A DNA stretch of 63,686 bases, filler included, from Licmophora abbreviata (Eukaryota): NCBI GenBank assembly GCA_900291995.1. It is 5 parts of 5 records of this genome, joined end to end, with 100 filler letters (N's around TTAATTAATTAA, not from the genome) between each part and the next. Parts side by side here need not be neighbours in the genome. Positions count along the whole stretch, not along the records: positions 50,815 to 63,686 come from OLMU01000396.1; 4 more parts are not named here. One strand, given 5' to 3'. Both the position numbers and the translations under genes were made by a program. The notes under the pieces were generated by a model, which had not been told where the DNA came from, searched no databases, and saw nothing but the letters and a program-made list of their open reading frames with translations. Below, piece by piece: positions 57,161 through 63,686 of the stretch. Each line of letters begins with the position of its first letter. Position 1 is the stretch's first letter.

Positions 57161-58753
57161 ATGCAGAAAAACGCTGGCAAGAGCGGGTCATTGATGACCC
57201 GGGGTGATGGACGGAAGCCGCCGCGAAAGAGCCTCGCTTCGATTGTTTTTCTTTTGGTCCTCTCGCTGCTGGTAGTCATATTGGTAACCGCATTCAGTCT
57301 ACCGCAAGTTCTGGAGGCATCTTATATTCAGTATGGACCCCATCTGGCAGCATTGGAGTCTTTCGCTCGGGGCACCACAAGTCTTCGGGAACTGTCGGGC
57401 AATCTGATTGGCGATGACGAGCCTTATCATATCGTCTTTTCCACGTCCTGTTCGGCCTTTCAAGACTGGCAGTCATATGCTTTCTTTTATCACGCATGGA
57501 AGGTAAAGCAGCCGGGAACGGTCACTCGCATTGTCACGGGATGTAGTGCAAGCAAGGAACAAAAACTGCGTGTGAATTTCAAAGAGCAAGTGGAGACTCT
57601 CTCCGACAAGTTCTTTCTGTACTTTACGCCGGACTTTTCTGAACTCAACAAAGGCAACTATCAGACGACCAAGTATTTCAATAAGCCTTTCGGCGTCCGG
57701 AGCTGGCTGGAGAGTGTGGTTGGGTTCCCAAATGTCTCGGAGGCGAAGAAGGACGCCATGTTTGTTATTATGGACCCCGACATGTTGCTGACAAAGCCGC
57801 TGGTCAATGATTTTTCGTTGAAAGACGTCTTGCACATTCCAAAGACATCAAAGGTGAATGAGAAGAGCGGTGAAGAGTCGATACATGTATCGCATGGTTC
57901 CCCGTTTGCCGCTCGATATGGTTACGGCTCGAGCTGGCTAGGTGGGATCATGAACAACCTGACGCATGTGGTCGGTACTGAGTCGCCTTTGCACGATCTT
58001 TCTATGGAAGATGCTGGTGCCTACTACGCTATTGGACCTCCCTACATTGCAACAGGACAGGATATGTACAATATTGTTTCCAAATGGGCGGAGTTCACAC
58101 CGAGTACGTGAAAACTTATCAGATCTGGTACTCCTTGTCGATTCATATGGCAACCGCTCTCACTCTCTCTTCATTACACGTCATAAATAACAGGAGTGTA
58201 TGACATACACCATCAGTTTCTCTCAGAAATGTTTGGTTTCAGCTCCGCCGCAGCGCATCTGGAACTCCCTCATACTGTCTTTCGAGGATTGATGGTGAGT
58301 GACGTTGGCAGTCCCGACGAAGGCTGGGGCTTTCTGAGCGGCATTCCACGTTCCGAAGTGTGCAAGCCTATATCTCGTGACAAGATGCCACCGGTAATAC
58401 ACTACTGTCAGCGATACGCTCTCGGCCGCTGGTTCTTTGGCAAATACAAATTGCACGAGAACGTCTTCACATGCCATGCGCCTTTGATCAAAGTCCCACC
58501 AACCGATGTCGTTGTCAAGTACGACTACTTCATTTACCCCAACAAGGAAAGAGTTGACTACGATACTCCGAGGCAGGAACTGAAAATTAAACAGAACGGC
58601 TTTGCGCTTTGCTTCTTGATCGACGCCATCAATGATGCTGGTGATTACTTTCGTCGGAATCACTGTCCGAATGGTGCCAACTTCAACAAGACATTCACCT
58701 TCCACGACATTCCCGACGACCTGTACTACGCAATAGAAGCAAAGACAGCTTAA
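57161..58753 (+). CDS. Type II membrane glycosyltransferase, peptidyl-serine alpha-galactosyltransferase / HPAT-like (GT96/GT95); intron ~58104-58192
   Basis: HIVFST.C..QDWQ, QPG.VTRI..GC, NKPFG, DPDM, GPPY, EMFG...AAHL, HYCQRY. Confidence 0.8.
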
Positions 58754-59124
58754 GCAATCTTCTGTCCTACACCACTTACTGGTCTCCCTACTTCTTGTGA
58801 TGGTTCTCTTTTGGAAAATCTCGACAACGAAACGACTATCATAGCAAACTTACCAATCACCACATTACTGACTGTACCTTCTAGTAATATCACGGACTAC
58901 GGCAATGCAGCGTGGCCACCACCGACGGGCGAAGCATCCACAAGACAAAGTGTGTGAAAGTGGTTAGATGCGAGGCCGCCATCACGATATCAATGGTAAT
59001 GAAGTCGAAAACTTTGAACGACAAAATTGTAACTACATTGCTCTAACTTTAAAAGAGCAGTCTTTCAGATTTCATGACGACCATAGGGACACAAAATCTT
59101 TCACACGCATCAGGCCAGAAGTAT

Positions 59125-61269
59125 TTACAACATGCTGCCCCTTCTCCGATCTCGACTAGCCGCATCAGCGGTACGTCGCGTTGTGGTTAGAGAATGAAAT
59201 GAAACCCTATCGAGCCCCCCAGTAGCGACGCTACTTCGACGTCGTCGTGAGCCTGACGAGCGCCGTTTCGGCTTACCATGATCGCTTTGCACCTTTGTCG
59301 GCATCGGTTCGTCTCGAGGATCAAGCTCCGACGAGGCTCGGCTAACAGATGGGATAATGATCATTTCCCTGAGTTCCATTTCGGCATTCTGTAGGCGAAC
59401 CTCAAACTCAGCCTTCTTGTATGCGTCTGCTATGATAGGGTGATCGCTCGCCCATGTGCGCCTGATCTTGTTAAGTTCATGGAGGGCGTCCTGTGGCCTT
59501 CCCATCCCATGATAAGCTTCGATTTTGACGATCCAAGCTCTCATGTAGTCCTCCTTTGCCTCGATTGCTTGCTGTGCATCAAGCAATGCCTCCCTATGAT
59601 GCCCACATAGTAGAAGCGCCTCTCCTCTCTCGACAAGAATCATCCCTTGCAATGGCGAACTTGTTGGGATACGAAGTCCTCCCTCGAGTGCAGACGTGAA
59701 GCGGTCAACGGCGTTCTCATACTCGCCCTCGCACGCTAGCAGCTGCCCTTCCACGAATGCTTTATGCGTCTTTCGACACTGCCTACCAAGCGCTACGGTT
59801 TCGGGATTGTCGGGATTCTTCTGGTGTGATTCTTTGAGCTGTTCCATTGCATTCTCCATCTCTCCTATCAAGAATGTAGCGTAGGCTCGCAAGTACAGCG
59901 CCTCCGTATGTGAAGGCGCAACCTCCAGAACCTTGGAGGATCGATCTAGGGCGACTTGCACGGCCCCCCTCACAATGTCAGCTCTTGCAGCGGCGAGCAC
60001 AACGCATGGACTGTCCCACATCTTCATGATCGACTCAATGGCTGCTGTGGCTGGAGTGACTTCCTGGTTTGCCAGATAAGCCTCAATAAGCGACAGTTGG
60101 CGTTTAAGCTCTCGTGTTCTGCGAAGCTCTTCAAATACAATTCCGTTTTTCTCCGTCAAAACAGTTGAAGCCATCTCCAACACTGAGCAAGCCTTGTCGA
60201 GACTGCCGATTGCTATCAACGATTTCCATTCGCGTAGATATGCTTTTGAATTTTGAGAATTCAGGGCGATGGCCGCCTGACAGTCAACAATACAATCGGT
60301 GTACTTCCTCTCTTTGTGAAACGTCACCGCACGGTTACAGTAAAGACTTGAGTGAAGCTCGTTCTGTACAGTTGTAGGCGCGTTGTTTTCGTTCATTATT
60401 GCGATCGCTCGTGTGTATAGTTCTTGTGCAGTGCCGTAGTCACAGTCTTTGAACTTCTGATTCGCTTGAGACTTGAGTGAGAGGGCCGACAAACCGACTT
60501 GAGACCTTGCTTTCTCCGTGTGGTTCGTCATCGGATCTTTCTTCTCTTTAGTTGGAAGATCAAGCGAAGATGTCTGGAACACATCATGCTGCGAATCGAT
60601 TGGAAGCGATTCGATTGACGTGCTTCGTTCCGGCAATGGAAGCGACCACCGAGGATCTTCCTTGACCGATGCTACCTCTCCGGCGGACGGTACAAGAGTA
60701 TTACTATGAAAGTGTGTTGCATGCGTCTCACAAAAACTTTCTTCCTTCGTCTCATTGACTGAACGAAGGCTGTTCTGACTCTGCAGTAACCGCCTTCGAC
60801 TAGCATGCAATGAGCCCCTCCTCTTCAGACTGGCCCGACGAGAGTCCACTCCACTGACAACCTTCGCTTCCGAGTGACTTTTCAAGTGTCCTGATAGAGC
60901 CTCATACTCTCCACTCCATTCACATCCACAATCAACTCTCCTCGGGCACTCTACTAGCATTCGTCTGAGAACTTGGAAAGCCAAGGGCTGCGCATCAGAT
61001 AGAGGCCGAACGAGTAGCTCCGTGTCGGCAAATACCATCGCCCCCTCCGAACTCTCGCCTTTCCACCCAATATCTTGATTGCATGACGGACAGATCTCTG
61101 GATTCGCCCCTTTCTCTGAGACGGCATTCTCAAAGCATTCTTGGCAAAACAGATGGGAGCATTCCGTCGTAACGATCGCATTCAGTGAAGCTAAATTCTT
61201 GCAAATTTTACAGAGGAAAGGACTTAAGTAGCGCTCTTCGGCACGGACTTGACTAGAACAAACACTCAT
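59125..61269 (-). CDS. RING-finger plus zinc finger plus multi-TPR protein
   Basis: CKIC..CSHLFCQEC..CPSC (C3HC4); CPR..GCEWSG..L..H; TPR array similar to DNAJC7 type but without a J domain. Confidence 0.85.
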   Translation of the reverse strand: MSVCSSQVRAEERYLSPFLCKICKNLASLNAIVTTECSHLFCQECFENAVSEKGANPEICPSCNQDIGWKGESSEGAMVFADTELLVRPLSDAQPLAFQVLRRMLVECPRRVDCGCEWSGEYEALSGHLKSHSEAKVVSGVDSRRASLKRRGSLHASRRRLLQSQNSLRSVNETKEESFCETHATHFHSNTLVPSAGEVASVKEDPRWSLPLPERSTSIESLPIDSQHDVFQTSSLDLPTKEKKDPMTNHTEKARSQVGLSALSLKSQANQKFKDCDYGTAQELYTRAIAIMNENNAPTTVQNELHSSLYCNRAVTFHKERKYTDCIVDCQAAIALNSQNSKAYLREWKSLIAIGSLDKACSVLEMASTVLTEKNGIVFEELRRTRELKRQLSLIEAYLANQEVTPATAAIESIMKMWDSPCVVLAAARADIVRGAVQVALDRSSKVLEVAPSHTEALYLRAYATFLIGEMENAMEQLKESHQKNPDNPETVALGRQCRKTHKAFVEGQLLACEGEYENAVDRFTSALEGGLRIPTSSPLQGMILVERGEALLLCGHHREALLDAQQAIEAKEDYMRAWIVKIEAYHGMGRPQDALHELNKIRRTWASDHPIIADAYKKAEFEVRLQNAEMELREMIIIPSVSRASSELDPRDEPMPTKVQSDHGKPKRRSSGSRRRRSSVATGGLDRVSFHSLTTTRRTADAASRDRRRGSML

Positions 61270-61706
61270 ACTGGGTACACGATGGATGTTGAACACGATA
61301 GTCCTTTGGTGCTCCCAGAAACTAAGAAGGCGAAAGCGAGTCCAATTGTGCTCTCTACTGGCACGAGACAGAACGAAAAGCAAATTGTGCCCTTGGTTTT
61401 GCAGGTCATTTCGCATAAATATCAGTGTCATCTGTCATAAATGACTATGACATGTCAATGACCACACGGCTCTATCATAGCTTATCGTTACACCTTGATC
61501 CCTCTCAGTCGTCCCCACCTAAAAGTCGAATCATATATACACCGGTACCTGTGATCGCACCACAAGGTACAGGAATCAACTCGTTAGCTTACTGGCTATG
61601 TAAGCATACCAAAAAATTAAGGTACCGGCTTAAAAGTAGTATTGACAGTTGAAAGTGTTCGATATTATTCTAAAGATACTGTTCCTCATAACCAACAACA
61701 GTCATT

Positions 61707-63515
61707 CTACTGCATTGACTGTCTGCGCTTCCTTCGGTCCAACATATTCCGACCAAACGCGGAAAAGGATTGTGCCCGATGAGGCAATTGTGTTGCACTC
61801 TTGTCCTTGTTCCCTGCGTGGTCGGACTGGTGCTCCGCGTCCTCCAGCACTCGAGCATACGAGTGAGATCGACCGGCGGCACGAGAATACTTCACTTCAA
61901 TGCCCCCCAGGGCAGCACCGGCAGACACTTCTTGCTCCATCTGTTTGAAATTGCTTTCATGCTGCGCAAGGAGGTCCTCTTCTTGCTCACAGGTGGTGGA
62001 GCCAATGTGATCAATATCCTCGCCGGAGGAGCACGTTCCTTGTTTTTCTCGTTCTCGTTTGTTCTGCTCTGTAAGTTTCAAGGCCTGCCGTGCCATATCA
62101 CACCATGAAGTGACGATTTCTTTGAGTGTAGAAAAGGACTTGGTGCGGATCTGATGTTCAAACGCGCAACCTCTAGAGAACTGCGCTTCCGTATGAACCG
62201 ATAGCCACGCCAACTTGCATTCAGCCATTTCGTTTCTCTTCTGAGATGTAAGAATCCATCGTTCCATAACTTGAAATCGATCAGAGAATGGAATATTGGA
62301 TAGTTTTGTGCATGACTCCAAGACCATCAGTCGCTTCGACAAGAAGACACGCTGTGTCTTGATCGTGGAGGCGTATGCTGGTCCAAAGTATGATTTGGTC
62401 AGCGTTTTGAAGGTAAGCCGGCGCTCATGGCATACAAGCCCATGCTCGTCAGACTGTTTCATCCGCTCACCATCAGGATGCATCGAGAGCGGATTCGGCG
62501 AAACGCGTTCCCATGCGCCGTACGAAATATCGGTGTCGCCTCGTTTCTTTTGAAACTCCATGAAACTGTATGGCGCGTCGTCAGAAAAAAAGACATGGAA
62601 GAACTCGTGCGCATTCAAACCCAAGAATTCTACTTTGCGAACAACCTCCTTTTCTAACGCTGGAAAGTTCTGTAGAGCCCACTGCTGGTTGGCAGCAAGA
62701 GCGTCGTCATCGCAGGGTGCGCTAGTAACTTCCGAGATAACATGCAACAATGAGTCTTTCTTGTCCAGACCTTCGTCTTCGCTGATCACCGTGGATGCCG
62801 TTGATTCACTCTTCTGACTCTCTTTAGTTTCGCTAGTGAGGCTCTCCGTCTCGAAGCGCTCAGCTTGCTCCTTGGCGCACAGCAGCCGCTCCTCGTAGGT
62901 TTCAGCAGAAGGCGGATCTGACCAAAAGAGACGAGAGAAAGACCCGTCGCTAAAGAACTCGTAGCCATACTGAGCGGCATGTACAGATCCCACCGCCCAG
63001 ACTGCGGTGGCGGCTCCTGCAATCAGCACCAAAGGGTGAACAATCACGGCCGCAGTGGCCACAAGAGCGATTCCAGCCATGCTTGTATATTCCATATTGT
63101 TGTAGACTACTTCGGTCCATGTGCTGGGATTGAAATCTCTAAAGTCGTAGTACGTCGAATATTGCGATGCATCATCATCTTCGTCGATGCTTGATTCAGG
63201 CTCGAAGGAGCTCCTTGTAATCGTATCGACCTGAAAGCAGTTGTTCAGACTCTCCGAAGTTATCTCGGCCATGACGTCGCCCGAGGAATCTTCAAATGCA
63301 AACGAGTTTTCTTGCTGCAGTCCTAGAGGCTTCTGATACAGAGGAGATACTTCGACTTCTTCGGTCGCTTCTCGTTGATATCTACGGGACAGCTGAAAGG
63401 TGGACGGTTCCGCATTATTTTGGGGACCGACTATCACCGCTTCCGGAAGTTTCGACCGCTCATTCTCATCAAAATCGGAGGGCACCGTGTCTACGGCATC
63501 ATACGGCGCCTTCAT
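61707..63515 (-). CDS. VASt (StART-like Aster/Lam) domain lipid-transfer protein
   Basis: FFHVFFSDDA..F..RGDTDI..W, R.L.F, NIPFSDRF.V.ERW, F...I. Confidence 0.78.
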   Translation of the reverse strand: MKAPYDAVDTVPSDFDENERSKLPEAVIVGPQNNAEPSTFQLSRRYQREATEEVEVSPLYQKPLGLQQENSFAFEDSSGDVMAEITSESLNNCFQVDTITRSSFEPESSIDEDDDASQYSTYYDFRDFNPSTWTEVVYNNMEYTSMAGIALVATAAVIVHPLVLIAGAATAVWAVGSVHAAQYGYEFFSDGSFSRLFWSDPPSAETYEERLLCAKEQAERFETESLTSETKESQKSESTASTVISEDEGLDKKDSLLHVISEVTSAPCDDDALAANQQWALQNFPALEKEVVRKVEFLGLNAHEFFHVFFSDDAPYSFMEFQKKRGDTDISYGAWERVSPNPLSMHPDGERMKQSDEHGLVCHERRLTFKTLTKSYFGPAYASTIKTQRVFLSKRLMVLESCTKLSNIPFSDRFQVMERWILTSQKRNEMAECKLAWLSVHTEAQFSRGCAFEHQIRTKSFSTLKEIVTSWCDMARQALKLTEQNKREREKQGTCSSGEDIDHIGSTTCEQEEDLLAQHESNFKQMEQEVSAGAALGGIEVKYSRAAGRSHSYARVLEDAEHQSDHAGNKDKSATQLPHRAQSFSAFGRNMLDRRKRRQSMQ

Positions 63516-63686
63516 GGTATCGATTCGTTGAATCGTATCGCACAGCAAATCAGGGAGTGAGGTGCGCTTGTTTCCAGCTTTCAACGACTGCAAAACTACC
63601 TTCACAAAGGAGGACAAGGAGAGCTCGGTGCCGCTGCTTTTTCTCCATGGGCAGAGATGCGTTTCACGCGCAAAATTTCCTGCCTG

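Overview
Eukaryotic nuclear DNA, very probably from a diatom. The evidence is compact genes with short GT-AG introns, several bipartite signal-peptide + Phe-type plastid-targeting presequences, single-domain EukCatA-type channels, diatom-type TM-LRR proteins and a silaffin-like protein. The window consists of five contigs joined by artificial 100-nt spacers (N44-TTAATTAATTAA-N44), so adjacency across spacers is not evidence of linkage. About 35 protein genes are supported. Housekeeping genes include RPL14, VPS35, UTP25, SYS1, SDH1, PEX16, MSH4, an HDAC-family enzyme and a Trx z-like thioredoxin. No rRNA, tRNA, CRISPR array or transposon was recognised. The most interesting observations are: a tail-to-tail pair of single-domain voltage-gated channels with different filters (TLDQWGD vs TLDAWAG); a spliced RKL/KG-repeat silaffin-like protein; a bacterial-type xylitol-dehydrogenase-like SDR head-to-head with a lactonase; a VASt protein with an FFAT-like motif and a hydrophobic hairpin; a RING + carboxylate-clamp TPR protein; and two otherwise intact genes broken by a single in-frame TGA or a 1-nt insertion. 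All family assignments come from motif recognition by eye, with no database search, and all splice models are inferred.
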